The notes: generated by a model from the letters alone, not told the origin. DNA of 51,386 bases from Acetobacteraceae bacterium (GCA_049591635.1 JBAWFF010000408.1:1-51386), one strand, 5' to 3'; positions 8,698 to 18,031 are shown, numbered from the stretch's first letter. A program made the numbers and translations.

Positions 8698-9939
8698 TCA
8701 GACCGCGAGGCCGGTCGCCGGCAGCGCCGGCTCTCGCCCGGCGATCAGGTCGGTGGTGATCCGCGCGGTGCCGTGCGACATGGTCCAGCCGATATGGCCG
8801 TGGCCGGTGTTGAACCAGAGGTTCCGGTATCGGCCGCGCCCTAGCGCCGGCAGGTTCGTCGGCGTCATCGGCCGCAGCCCGGCCCACATTTCCGCGCGGT
8901 CGTAATCGGCGCCATCCGGATAAAGCTCGCGCGCCACGTTGCCCATGAAGGCGAAATCGGCGGGCTTGTGGCGCGTGTCGTAGCCGGCGAACTCCGCCGT
9001 CGCGGTTACCCGCATCCGGTCGCCGAAGCTGGTGATGGCAACCAGATTGTCCTCGTCGATCGCGCCGATCGTCGGCGCGGCGCGATGGTTACCGATCGGG
9101 ATGGTCAGCGAGTAGCCCTTGATCGGGTAGACCGGCAGATCGACGCCGATCCTTCGCGCGAGAATCGGGCTCTGGTTGCCGAGCGCCACCACGTAGGCAT
9201 CGGCGACGATGCGCTCGGCGCCGCAGCGTACGCCGGTGACGGCATCGCCTTCCACCTCGAGCGCATCGACCGCCGTGCCGGTGCGGAACTCCGCCCCGCG
9301 TGCCGCGCAGATGGCGGCGAGCGCGCGGGCAAATCGGTTGCAGTCTCCGGTCTCATCAGTGGGGCAGTAGATGGCACCGGCGATCTTTTCGCGCGCCGGG
9401 CCGAGGGAAGGTTCCAGCGCGACGACTTGATCACGGTCCAACACCTGGATTTCCTGGCCATCGTCAGCGAGAATCCGCATATGCGCGACTCCGGCCTCGA
9501 ACGACGCCGCGCTGCGATAGAAGTACAGGATGCCGCGATCGTTGCGGCTGTATTCGATCGCCTCATCGGCAACCGTCTCGCGCAGGATTCGCTGCGAATA
9601 GGTGGCGATGTGGTGCTTGCGAAGCGTGTTGGCGGTCGCGCGGGCTTGCGTGCACTGCGCCAGGAACCGCGCCGACCAGACCCACAGACGCGGATCGGCC
9701 GAGGGGCGGAAGCGCAGCGCCTGATCGGCCCGCACCAGCGACTTGAGCAGGATCATCGGCGCCTTGGGCGAGGACCAGACGAAGGAATGTCCCGGGGCGA
9801 TCATGCCTGCGTTGCCCCAGCTGGTCTCGGCCGCGACCTCGGGATTGCGCTCGATCAGCACGACGTCACGGCCGTCGCGTTGCAGCTGATAGGCGGTGGT
9901 GACGCCGACCACGCCGCCGCCCATGACGAGAACACGCAT
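8698..9939 (-). CDS. dadA: D-amino acid dehydrogenase-like FAD oxidoreductase
   Basis: The N-terminus MRVLVMGGGVVGVTTAYQLQRDGRDVVLIER...ETSWGNAGMI is typical of DadA. Length is 413 aa. Confidence 0.8.
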   Translation of the reverse strand: MRVLVMGGGVVGVTTAYQLQRDGRDVVLIERNPEVAAETSWGNAGMIAPGHSFVWSSPKAPMILLKSLVRADQALRFRPSADPRLWVWSARFLAQCTQARATANTLRKHHIATYSQRILRETVADEAIEYSRNDRGILYFYRSAASFEAGVAHMRILADDGQEIQVLDRDQVVALEPSLGPAREKIAGAIYCPTDETGDCNRFARALAAICAARGAEFRTGTAVDALEVEGDAVTGVRCGAERIVADAYVVALGNQSPILARRIGVDLPVYPIKGYSLTIPIGNHRAAPTIGAIDEDNLVAITSFGDRMRVTATAEFAGYDTRHKPADFAFMGNVARELYPDGADYDRAEMWAGLRPMTPTNLPALGRGRYRNLWFNTGHGHIGWTMSHGTARITTDLIAGREPALPATGLAV

Positions 9940-9956
9940 CCGGGACTCCCGTTCAC

Positions 9957-10664
9957 CTAGCCAAGATACGCGGTCCGCACGCGTTCGTCATGCAGCAGGT
10001 CGGCCGCAGGGCCGCTCAGCATCACCCGGCCGCTCTCCAGCACGTAGCCAGTGTCGGCGATCGACAGTGCCATCAGCGCGTTCTGCTCGACCAGCAGCAC
10101 CGTCACGCCTTGCGCGTTGATCGTGCGGATCGTCTCGAACACCTGTTCGACCACCATCGGCGCCAAGCCCATGCTCGGCTCGTCCATCAGCAGCACGCGG
10201 GGCCGGGCCATCAGCGCGCGCGCCATCGCCACCATCTGCTGCTCGCCGCCCGACAACGTCCCGGCCACTTGGCGCAGCCGTTCGCGCAGGCGGGGAAACA
10301 GCGTCATCAGCCGCTCCCGGTCGGCCGCCACGCCGGCGCGATCGCGGCGGGGAAACGCGCCCATCGCGAGGTTCTCCTCGACCGTCAGCCGACCGAAGAT
10401 GCGCCGTCCTTCCGGCACCTGCACCAGCCCCATCGCGGCGATCACGTGCGCGCCGAGGCCGGCAAGCGGTTTGCCTTCGTAGCGGATCTCCCCCATGCGC
10501 GGATGCAGCAACCCACTGACCGCGCGCAGCGTCGTCGATTTTCCCGCTCCGTTGCCGCCGATCAGGGTGACGATCCGGCCCTCCTCGACCACCACGGAGA
10601 CGCCCTTCAGCGCCTCGATCCGGTCGTAGAAGACGTGGATCGCCTCTATCTCCAGTAGCGCCAT
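9957..10664 (-). CDS. livF: Branched-chain amino acid ABC transporter ATP-binding protein (LivF type)
   Basis: Walker A GGNGAGKST, signature LSGGEQQM and Walker B LLMDEPS. Confidence 0.9.
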   Translation of the reverse strand: MALLEIEAIHVFYDRIEALKGVSVVVEEGRIVTLIGGNGAGKSTTLRAVSGLLHPRMGEIRYEGKPLAGLGAHVIAAMGLVQVPEGRRIFGRLTVEENLAMGAFPRRDRAGVAADRERLMTLFPRLRERLRQVAGTLSGGEQQMVAMARALMARPRVLLMDEPSMGLAPMVVEQVFETIRTINAQGVTVLLVEQNALMALSIADTGYVLESGRVMLSGPAADLLHDERVRTAYLG

Positions 10665-11434
10665 CAGGCGGACGCCCGCACGCCGAGATAGGCCTCGATC
10701 ACCGCCGGATCGTGCTGCACCGCGGCGGGGGGGCCTTCGGCGATCTTGGCGCCGTGGTCGAGCACCGTCACCCGGTCGGACATCGCCATGACGACGCGCA
10801 TCTGATGCTCAATCAGCAGGATGGTGATCGCGAAGCGCGTCCGCACCTCCTCGATGAAGCGCATCATCTCGGTCGTCTCGTGCGGATTCATACCGGCGGT
10901 CGGCTCATCGAGCAGCAGCAGCTTCGGCTGCGTCGCCAACGCGCGCCCGATTTCCAGCCTGCGTTGCAGGCCGTAGGGAAGGTTGCGTGCCAACACGTCG
11001 CCCCGGCCACGCAGCCCGACGAAGCCGAGCAGGCGCATGGCTTCGGCGTGCGCCCGCGCCTCGTCGGCGCGGGTCGCCGGCGTGTTCAGCACCGCGCCCC
11101 ACCAACTCGAGCGCAGATGCAGGTGCATCCCGACCAGCAGGTTCTCGATCGCGCTGATGTTCCGAAACAGCCTGATGTTCTGGTAGGTGCGGCTGATCCC
11201 CGCCTCGGCGACCCGGTCGGGTGTCAATCCGTCGATGCGCCGCGCACCGAACCACACCTCGCCGGCGGTCGGACGAATGTTCTGGGTGATGCAGTTGAAC
11301 ACGGTCGTCTTGCCGGCGCCGTTCGGACCGATGATGCTGTGGATGGAGCCGTCCGCCACCGCCAGATCGAGCGCGGATATCGCGGTCAGTCCGCCGAAGC
11401 GCATCGTCATGGCGCGACATGCAAGGATCGTCAT
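10664..11434 (-). CDS. livG: Branched-chain amino acid ABC transporter ATP-binding protein (LivG type)
   Basis: The ATG at 11434 overlaps (ATGA) the permease stop. The protein MTILACRAMTMRFGGLTAIS has Walker A GPNGAGKTT and Walker B LLLDEPTAG. The Arg-rich ORF-track extension is rejected. Confidence 0.9.
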   Translation of the reverse strand: MTILACRAMTMRFGGLTAISALDLAVADGSIHSIIGPNGAGKTTVFNCITQNIRPTAGEVWFGARRIDGLTPDRVAEAGISRTYQNIRLFRNISAIENLLVGMHLHLRSSWWGAVLNTPATRADEARAHAEAMRLLGFVGLRGRGDVLARNLPYGLQRRLEIGRALATQPKLLLLDEPTAGMNPHETTEMMRFIEEVRTRFAITILLIEHQMRVVMAMSDRVTVLDHGAKIAEGPPAAVQHDPAVIEAYLGVRASA

Positions 11435-13098
11435 CGCAGCCGTGCCGGCAGCAGGTCGGCGCCCTCGTCCACCAAGGCGGCCTCGTCGGCGTCGTGCAGT
11501 TCCCGACGGCGCACCTCGGACGGCCACAGCCCTTCCGGGCGCCAGCGCATCATCACGATCAGCGCCGCGCCGTAGAACAGATAGCGATATTCACCGAATT
11601 CCCGCAGCAGTTCCGGCAGCCCGATCAGCGCCACCGAGCCGAGCACCACGCCCGGCAAGCTGCCCATGCCGCCGACGATGATCAGCGCCAGCACGTTGAT
11701 CGACACCAGGAGCTGGAAGCTGGACGGATAGACCGAGCTGAGCATGACCGCGAAGATCGCGCCGGCCAGCCCGGCGAACGCGGCGCCGAGCCCGTAGGCC
11801 GTCAGCTTGGAACGGACCAGGTTGATCCCCAACGCTTGCGCCACGTCCTCGTCGTCGCGCAGCGCCGTCCAGGCGCGCCCGATCCGCGAACTCTCCAGCC
11901 GCCAGGCGACGAAACCGGCGACGGCGGATGCGATCAGCGTAAGATAGAAGAGCTGCACGGGGTTGCCGAGGGTCACGCCGGCCAGCCGCGGCTTGGGGAT
12001 TTGCAAGATGCCCTGCGCGCCGCCGAGCAACGGGGCGGCGAAGTCCGACAGCACGAGCACGCGGACGATCTCGCCCAGTCCCAGGGTGGCGACCGCGAGG
12101 TAGTCGCCCCGCACGCCCAACACCGGCAGGCCGAACACCACGCCGACCGCGACCGAGAGCAGCACTGAAATCGGCAACGCCGCCCAGAACGACAGATGCA
12201 GCAGCGCGTGCGGGCTGTCGGCGGTGAGCAGCGCCATGCTGTAGGCGCCCACCGCGAAGAACGCCACGAAGCCGAGATCGAGAAGGCCGGCCAGCCCGAC
12301 CTCCAGGTTGAGGCCCATCCCCATCAGGATGTAGAGGCCGACGAGCATCAGCACCTGGCCGATATAGGCGCCGGCAAGGGCCGGCATGATCGCGAGCACG
12401 AGCAGCGCCACGCCGGCGCGAACCATCCGCTGGCGCTGCCGCCCTCGATCGTCGAGCGGGGCTTGGCGTCGCCCCATGGTGCGCGACCAGACAAGCTGGA
12501 CCAGCACGGCACCCGCGAAGACCGTGACCGCGCCTTTCGGCGTGAGTCCTTCCCAGGTGTAGAGGAAATCGCGGATCGCGCCGATGGTGCCCTCGTATTG
12601 CAGCATCAGCTGGATCAATTCCTGAAACACGCCGGCGATCACAACCGCTCCCACCCCGGCGATCAGTGCACGGCGGAGGGCAATTGGACTGATCCGCAGA
12701 GCCGCCCCCAAGACTCCAAGGATCAGTCCCGCGCCGAGCAACAGCGCGACGCCGTTCCGCAAACGCAGCCCGACGGTCAACATGGCCAGAAGATCCGGCG
12801 ACAGCGCGATGAAGATCGAGCGGAGCGGCACCAGCGCGATCAGCGCGGTGAGCGCCGCGACGAGCGCGCCGGTGATCAGCCCCGCGACAGCTCCGCCGGC
12901 GAGGCGCTCGCCGATCGCGCCGCGCGGTACCGCGGTGATGCCGGCGCCGATCCCCAGGAGCACCAGAGTGGCCTGCCCCAGGCTCAACGTGCCGATCACG
13001 ATCCAGCGGTTGTGCAGCATCAGCAGCACGCCGACCGCGGCGAGGTAGACGCCAATCACCCCGAACAGCAGCCCTCGCGAGGAGGCCGTGCGCAACAT
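11431..13098 (-). CDS. livM: Branched-chain amino acid ABC transporter permease (LivM type) with a long N-terminal membrane extension
   Basis: The C-terminal two-thirds has the LivM-type permease pattern (GQVLMLVGLYILMGMGLNLEVGLAGLLDLGFVAFFAVGAY). About 200 extra N-terminal residues form additional hydrophobic helices. Confidence 0.85.
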   Translation of the reverse strand: MLRTASSRGLLFGVIGVYLAAVGVLLMLHNRWIVIGTLSLGQATLVLLGIGAGITAVPRGAIGERLAGGAVAGLITGALVAALTALIALVPLRSIFIALSPDLLAMLTVGLRLRNGVALLLGAGLILGVLGAALRISPIALRRALIAGVGAVVIAGVFQELIQLMLQYEGTIGAIRDFLYTWEGLTPKGAVTVFAGAVLVQLVWSRTMGRRQAPLDDRGRQRQRMVRAGVALLVLAIMPALAGAYIGQVLMLVGLYILMGMGLNLEVGLAGLLDLGFVAFFAVGAYSMALLTADSPHALLHLSFWAALPISVLLSVAVGVVFGLPVLGVRGDYLAVATLGLGEIVRVLVLSDFAAPLLGGAQGILQIPKPRLAGVTLGNPVQLFYLTLIASAVAGFVAWRLESSRIGRAWTALRDDEDVAQALGINLVRSKLTAYGLGAAFAGLAGAIFAVMLSSVYPSSFQLLVSINVLALIIVGGMGSLPGVVLGSVALIGLPELLREFGEYRYLFYGAALIVMMRWRPEGLWPSEVRRRELHDADEAALVDEGADLLPARLR

Positions 13099-13102
13099 CC
13101 GC

Positions 13103-14191
13103 TCAGGCCCGCTTCTTCGCCATCCGCTCGCCGAGCAGGCCCTGCGGGCGGAAGATCAGCACCATGATCAGCAAGGTAAAGGCGATCAGATCGCGCAACT
13201 GATAAGGGGCGGGAATGCCGAGTCCGTCGAGGAACAGCGCCGGCCCGACCGATTCGACGAGGCCAAGGAAGAAGCCGCCGAGCATGGCGCCCGGAATGCT
13301 GCCGATGCCGCCCAGCACCGCCGCACCGAACGCCTTGATGCCGGGCGTGAACCCCATGAAGAAGAACACTTGTTTGTAGAGGAACGCATAGAACACACCG
13401 GCGATCCCCGCCATCGCGCCGCCGAGGATGAAGGTGAACACCACTACTTTGTCCACGTCGATCCCCATCAGCGCTGCGGCCTCCGGGTCCTCCGAGACCG
13501 CGCGCATCGCGGTGCCCATCCGGGTGCGCTGGACGATCCCGTAGAGGATCGCCATGAACACCAGCGCTAGCCCGATCACCAGCACGTCGATGCGCGGCAG
13601 CGTCAGGCCGGCGAAATGGTAGGCGTCGGCCTGCCAGCGCGGGCTTGGATACGCTTTCACCGCCGAGCCGAAGAGGCCGCGGAAGGTCTGTTCCAGGAAA
13701 AACGACACACCGATCGCGCAGATCAGCGGCGCCAGCCCCTGCACGCGACGGAACGGGCGGTAGGCGAGCCGTTCGGTCAGCAGCGAGATCCCGGTGGAGA
13801 CCGCTATCGCCACCGCGAGGATCGCCGCCATGCCAAGCACCGCGTGGCTGTCAAGGAAGCCGGAGTTGGAGAGCGGGCGAGCGACGAAGAATCCGGCGAA
13901 CGCGCCGCACATCATGATGTCGCCGTGGGCGAAGTTGATCAGTCGCAGCACGCCGTAGACCATCGTGTAGCCAAGGGCGATCTGCGCGTAGATGCTCCCG
14001 ATCGTCAGCCCGAACACGACGAAGTCGAACCACTGCGCGAAGGTGTAGCGGTCCTTGATCAGGGAGCCGATGGTGCCGCCCACCACCACGGCGAGCACGC
14101 CGATCCGCAGCGCCCAGAGAACGAGATCGACGGCGTTGAGGCGAGCCAGGGCGGCAAGCCAAGGCTCGCGGGCGGTAACCGAAAGCGCCAC
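13103..14191 (-). CDS. livH: Branched-chain amino acid ABC transporter permease (LivH type)
   Basis: Core GLTIGSIYAQIALGYTMVYGVLRLINFAHGD is the LivH hallmark. GTG start at 14191. An N-terminal extension of about 50 aa adds one extra helix. Confidence 0.85.
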   Translation of the reverse strand: MALSVTAREPWLAALARLNAVDLVLWALRIGVLAVVVGGTIGSLIKDRYTFAQWFDFVVFGLTIGSIYAQIALGYTMVYGVLRLINFAHGDIMMCGAFAGFFVARPLSNSGFLDSHAVLGMAAILAVAIAVSTGISLLTERLAYRPFRRVQGLAPLICAIGVSFFLEQTFRGLFGSAVKAYPSPRWQADAYHFAGLTLPRIDVLVIGLALVFMAILYGIVQRTRMGTAMRAVSEDPEAAALMGIDVDKVVVFTFILGGAMAGIAGVFYAFLYKQVFFFMGFTPGIKAFGAAVLGGIGSIPGAMLGGFFLGLVESVGPALFLDGLGIPAPYQLRDLIAFTLLIMVLIFRPQGLLGERMAKKRA

Positions 14192-14197
14192 GCGCTA

Positions 14198-14225
14198 CAC
14201 CTCTCCCGCGCTAGCGGGAGAGGTG
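14198..14225 (-). promoter_or_regulatory. Perfect 12-bp stem / 4-nt loop hairpin between the binding-protein gene and livH (REP-like intercistronic element)
   Basis: CACCTCTCCCGC-GCTA-GCGGGAGAGGTG. On the minus-strand mRNA the 3' arm GCGGGAGAGGTG contains the only Shine-Dalgarno-like sequence. It ends 6 nt before the livH GTG. Confidence 0.6.
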
Positions 14226-14262
14226 TGGATCGGAGCCGGCATCGCCGAGCAAGGAAATCCGC

Positions 14263-15510
14263 CTACGGCCAGATCTTCTTCGGATTCGTGCCGAGCTTGA
14301 AGGTCTTCGGATCGGCGGAGGTGAACTCCAGCACGGACGGCTTGAACTGCGAGCACTCACCGTACTGGTCGCACGCGATCGGGCCGCTGATGCCGTCGAA
14401 CTTGGTGGCGAACACCGCGTCGCGCAGCGCCTTCTTGCCTATATAGAGGTTGCCAGCCGCGTCGGTCTTGGCGACCGCCTGGATCGCCTTGAACGCCAGC
14501 ATGGCGGCGTCATAGGCATTGGCATGGAAGCCCGAGATCGGCGCCTCGCCATACGCCTTGGTGTACTCGGCGACGAAGTTCGGGTATCCCTTGCCCATCG
14601 ACTCCGGAGAAATGTCCGGATAGCCGATACGAAAGCCGACGACCGCGGGGCCGGCGGCCTCGATGAAGTCCGGCGACAGCAGCGAAGCGCCGCCCATGAG
14701 CGTTGTATGCTCGAGGCCCGGCACCTCCTTCGACTGGCGAAGGACCTGCGCGGCGGCGGCGGTGAAGATCGGCATATAGATCGCGTCCGGCTTCTCGCTG
14801 GCGATGCGCGTCAGCACCGGGTGCATATCGACGTCGGTGGGCGCGACCGCCTCGCGGGACAGCACCTTGCCGCCCATCTGCTCGAAATTGTTCGCCATCA
14901 CGGTGACGAGCTGCTGGGCGTACGGACTGCCATCGTGGAGCGTCACGACGGTCTTCACGCCCGCCACCTTGAATAGGTAAGTGGCGTCCGCCTTGCCCTG
15001 CTCGCTGTCGCTGAAGACGGTGCGGGCGAAGCCGTCATACTCCGGTTTGCGGTCCGATGCGGTCAGCGCCGGCGCCGTGCAGGCGGTGCAGATATCGACG
15101 ATGCCCGCCTGCCAGAGGATCGGCGCCCCGGGCGTGGCGGCCGAGGAGCACGCGGGGCCAAGCACGATCGCCATATTCGGCGTGGCGGCGAGCTTGGTGG
15201 CGGCGGTCTGGCCGCCCTCCGCGCTGCATGTGTCGTCTTCGGCATCGAGCTTGATCGGATGACCGAGCAACGAATCGCCCACGTCCTTGATCGCGATCTC
15301 GACGCCGCGCTTCTCATCGAGACCGAGGGCGGTGTCGGCGCCCGACAGGACCCAATAGCCGCCGATCACGATGGGCGCTCCCTTGGCCACTCGGATCACG
15401 CCGATCGGATCGGTCACCGGCCCGACCGTCGCGGCCTCCGCGCTAATGATGCCGAGAAGCAACGCGCCGGCCGCGAGCAAGCCGCGCCCCATGCTGAGCC
15501 TTGTCCCCAC
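14263..15510 (-). CDS. ABC transporter periplasmic substrate-binding protein (Leu/Ile/Val-binding, LivK/type-1 PBP family)
   Basis: Signal peptide GRGLLAAGALLLGIISAEA followed by a type-1 periplasmic binding-protein body. The start is uncertain: GTG 15510 (AAGGAG 6 nt upstream), ATG 15492 or GTG 15531. Confidence 0.85.
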   Translation of the reverse strand: MGTRLSMGRGLLAAGALLLGIISAEAATVGPVTDPIGVIRVAKGAPIVIGGYWVLSGADTALGLDEKRGVEIAIKDVGDSLLGHPIKLDAEDDTCSAEGGQTAATKLAATPNMAIVLGPACSSAATPGAPILWQAGIVDICTACTAPALTASDRKPEYDGFARTVFSDSEQGKADATYLFKVAGVKTVVTLHDGSPYAQQLVTVMANNFEQMGGKVLSREAVAPTDVDMHPVLTRIASEKPDAIYMPIFTAAAAQVLRQSKEVPGLEHTTLMGGASLLSPDFIEAAGPAVVGFRIGYPDISPESMGKGYPNFVAEYTKAYGEAPISGFHANAYDAAMLAFKAIQAVAKTDAAGNLYIGKKALRDAVFATKFDGISGPIACDQYGECSQFKPSVLEFTSADPKTFKLGTNPKKIWP

Positions 15511-15587
15511 GTCCCTCTCCTTTGCTTTCACGCCGCCAACGTATGCGCGTTGATCGGCTCAAGTATGAGGTGGCCGCATTCGTCAAG

Positions 15588-16337
15588 TCAAACCGGTAAT
15601 ACCCGCTCTCGATGCACCGCGCGGCAATCCATCTCGAACTCCAGCCCGAGCACCGGGGGACGGCAGAAGTGCCAGGCCACTCCATCCGGCGCCGCTCCGC
15701 GGGCGACGATGTCGGCGCCCATCACGGCATGGAAGTCATGCACGGTGTAAACTTGGGTCGCGGTGGTCGCGCTCCAGCCGACGTCCATCGCCGCCATCCG
15801 GCGTTCCATCTGTCCCACCACGAAGCGGGCCTTCTCGACGATGGCGCCAGGGCTCGTCTCGCCGTAGCGGATCGTTTTCTCGCGGTATGTCCCCGCCCCC
15901 TCCCGTGCCTCGCCGCTGCCGGCCACGACGAAGGAACGCGCGGCATCGACCGCGGGCCGCGCATAACAGAACGCATGGAAGCTGGGCGTCGGGGGCGGCG
16001 CGATCTCGGGGCAGACATTGCTGCGTGCCACCGGGTTCACGTCGCCGGCGACAATCCCCCAGCGCTCCAGCGTGCCGACGTAGTCGCGGTTGAACGCGAT
16101 GAACCCCGCGTCGGTGAATGGCGCCGGCGATCTCAGCTCACACGCGCAGAAAGCCGCGAGCGGCTGAAGTTCCGCCTTCAGGAAGGCTTCTATCCGCGCG
16201 AAGCCGTCCGCGAGCGGCACCGGCTGGGCAAATCGCACCCGTTCGACTGCAAATCCAGGTCGCGCCGCGACGCCGGCGGAATACTGGAAGGGCCCGGGAA
16301 TAAAGCCGTAACCGGCGCGCTCGACCATTCCATTCAT
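15588..16337 (-). CDS. Conserved hypothetical protein, first gene of or just upstream of the transporter operon
   Basis: ATG 16337 has GAGGAGG 6 nt upstream. Codon usage is G+C-rich with no hydrophobic segments. I could not assign a family by eye. Confidence 0.6.
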   Translation of the reverse strand: MNGMVERAGYGFIPGPFQYSAGVAARPGFAVERVRFAQPVPLADGFARIEAFLKAELQPLAAFCACELRSPAPFTDAGFIAFNRDYVGTLERWGIVAGDVNPVARSNVCPEIAPPPTPSFHAFCYARPAVDAARSFVVAGSGEAREGAGTYREKTIRYGETSPGAIVEKARFVVGQMERRMAAMDVGWSATTATQVYTVHDFHAVMGADIVARGAAPDGVAWHFCRPPVLGLEFEMDCRAVHRERVLPV

Positions 16338-16361
16338 CCGCGATCCTCCTCGCAAGCCATG

Positions 16362-16811
16362 CTACCGTGGCCAATCCAGCCTCGGCTCGGTCCGCCCGTC
16401 ACGGGGCGGGCGCGCCGGTCCAGGGCGAAGCGGGCGCCCGGCACCCTGCGGCGGGCTCGGGGCGGTCAGGGGATGGTCGGGATCATCCAGTTGGTGAGCC
16501 GCCGGAGGGATTGGCGGTCGGGAGAATGGCGGCGGCCGACGGGACGGCGCCGGCGCAGGCTCCGCGGGCGGAGCGGCGTACAGATCGTCGAACTCGATCG
16601 CGTGTCCCGCGTCGGGGAGGCGTAGCGCGAGGGTGCGGATCTCCGCCTGGATATCGTCCAGCCGCGCCTCCAGCCCGTCCAGCCGCGACTTCACCCCGAT
16701 CACACTGAACGGCACGAGCAGGAAGGCGAGCAGCCATAGCAGCACCAGTACGAGCACGATGGTCGGCGCCCACCAGGGCATCCAGTCGGGGAGGGCGAAG
16801 GGGAGGTTCAT
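16362..16811 (-). CDS. Hypothetical single-pass membrane protein with a coiled-coil segment and proline-rich tail
   Basis: An N-terminal Trp-rich TM helix (WMPWWAPTIVLVLVLLWLLAFLLVPF) is followed by LDGLEARLDDIQAEIRTLALRL and then a Pro-rich tail. No clear RBS. Confidence 0.5.
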   Translation of the reverse strand: MNLPFALPDWMPWWAPTIVLVLVLLWLLAFLLVPFSVIGVKSRLDGLEARLDDIQAEIRTLALRLPDAGHAIEFDDLYAAPPAEPAPAPSRRPPPFSRPPIPPAAHQLDDPDHPLTAPSPPQGAGRPLRPGPARPPRDGRTEPRLDWPR

Positions 16812-16920
16812 GGCGCGCTATCCTAGGTCGGCGCCTATTATGCTCCAACCGTGCTTCCGCGCGGGTGGATTTAGCGGATGCGGCGTGGCAAAGCCTGCCG
16901 GCTCGCAGGAAGGATTCGTC

Positions 16921-18030
16921 ATGCTGTTGCTGATCCCCGGCCCGGTCGCCACGCGGCCGGAGGTGCGCGAGGCCATGAACGTGGACCTCGCGCCGTGGGA
17001 CAACTCGTTCCGGGAGTTCTACGCGCGGCTTCGCCGGCGGGTGCTGGCCCTGGCGGGCGGGCGAGAGGACGAGCACGCGGCCTTGCCGCTTCCAGGGTGC
17101 GGGCATTTCGTCACCGAGGCGGCGATCCGCACCTTCCTGCCCCAAGGAGCCAAGCTGCTGGTCCCGATGAGCGGCGCCTACGCCGAGCGCATGGTGCGGC
17201 TGGCCCGCGACGCGGGGCGGCAAGTCGTGGAGCTGCCCGTCGTGCCCGATAGGCAGGTCGATCCGGCCGCCGTCGGCGCCGCGCTTTCCGCCGACCACGC
17301 GATCGGCCATGTCGGCGCCGTCTACAGCGAAACCGGCACCGGCGTCTGCCACGACATCTCCGCCATCGGCGCGGTGGTGCGCGGGCTGGGGCGGCGCATG
17401 ATCGTGGACGCCGTCTCGGCGTTCGGCGCCCTGCCGTTCGACATCTCGACGCAACCCGAGGTGGACGCGGTCGTGTTCACCGCCAACAAGTGCCTCGAAA
17501 GCGTGCCCGGCATCAGCTTCGCGGTCGCGCGCGCCGATCGGCTCGCGGCATCGGCCGGCAACGCCGGGAGCTGGTCGCTCGACCTCGCCGACCTCTACGC
17601 CCAAGGCGTGCGGAGCCCCGGCTCCGCGCGCTTCACGCCGCCGGCGCAGGTGATGGCGGCGCTCGATCGGGCGATTGATTTCCTAGAAGCGGAGGGGCAG
17701 CCGGCGCGGCTCGCCCGCTACACCGCGAACATGCGGACCTTGTACGACGGGGTGCGCCGGCTGGGGCTGGCGCCGTGCCTCGCGCCGGACGCGCAGGGCC
17801 CGATCATCGTCAACGTCCACGCGCCCGCCGATCCCGCCTGGGACCTTCAGGCGTTCGTGGACGCGCTGAAGCGGCGCGGGTTTCTTATCAGCAATTTCTA
17901 CAACACGCCCGAACCGAGTTTCCGGGTCGGCTGCATCGGCGCGGTGACGCCGGCCGACATGGCGGGCGCGGTCGCCGCCATGGGAGAAGCGCTCAACGAG
18001 CTGCGCATAAGCCGGCGCGAGGCGGCCTGA
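16921..18030 (+). CDS. phnW: Class V aminotransferase, 2-aminoethylphosphonate:pyruvate aminotransferase (PhnW)-like
   Basis: ATG 16921 has AGGAAGGA upstream. The protein is collinear with PhnW signatures: [40 protein letters not shown], the PLP-lysine motif [16 protein letters not shown] and FRVGCIGAV. Confidence 0.75.
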   Translation: MLLLIPGPVATRPEVREAMNVDLAPWDNSFREFYARLRRRVLALAGGREDEHAALPLPGCGHFVTEAAIRTFLPQGAKLLVPMSGAYAERMVRLARDAGRQVVELPVVPDRQVDPAAVGAALSADHAIGHVGAVYSETGTGVCHDISAIGAVVRGLGRRMIVDAVSAFGALPFDISTQPEVDAVVFTANKCLESVPGISFAVARADRLAASAGNAGSWSLDLADLYAQGVRSPGSARFTPPAQVMAALDRAIDFLEAEGQPARLARYTANMRTLYDGVRRLGLAPCLAPDAQGPIIVNVHAPADPAWDLQAFVDALKRRGFLISNFYNTPEPSFRVGCIGAVTPADMAGAVAAMGEALNELRISRREAA

Positions 18031-18031
18031 G

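Noticed and set aside
16906-16920. GANTC (CcrM) site GATTC in the RBS region of the phnW-like gene, and GAGTC near 5329, considered as methylation-dependent regulatory sites.
   Set aside because: Single occurrences are expected by chance at this sequence length. There is no clustering or promoter context to support regulation.
16483-17604. 373-aa minus-strand ORF antisense to the phnW-like gene. Similar long antisense or out-of-frame ORFs include 21411..22496(-), 32597..34093(-), 38045..39652(-), 38350..39276(-), 45152..46393(+), 49301..50620(+), 43869..45068(-), 12196..13167(+), 40006..41043(+) and 22591..23679(+).
   Set aside because: Their compositions are Arg/Gly/Pro/Ala-rich, as expected from stop-codon-poor alternative frames in high-G+C DNA. 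In every case the opposite or alternative frame holds a protein with clear family motifs.
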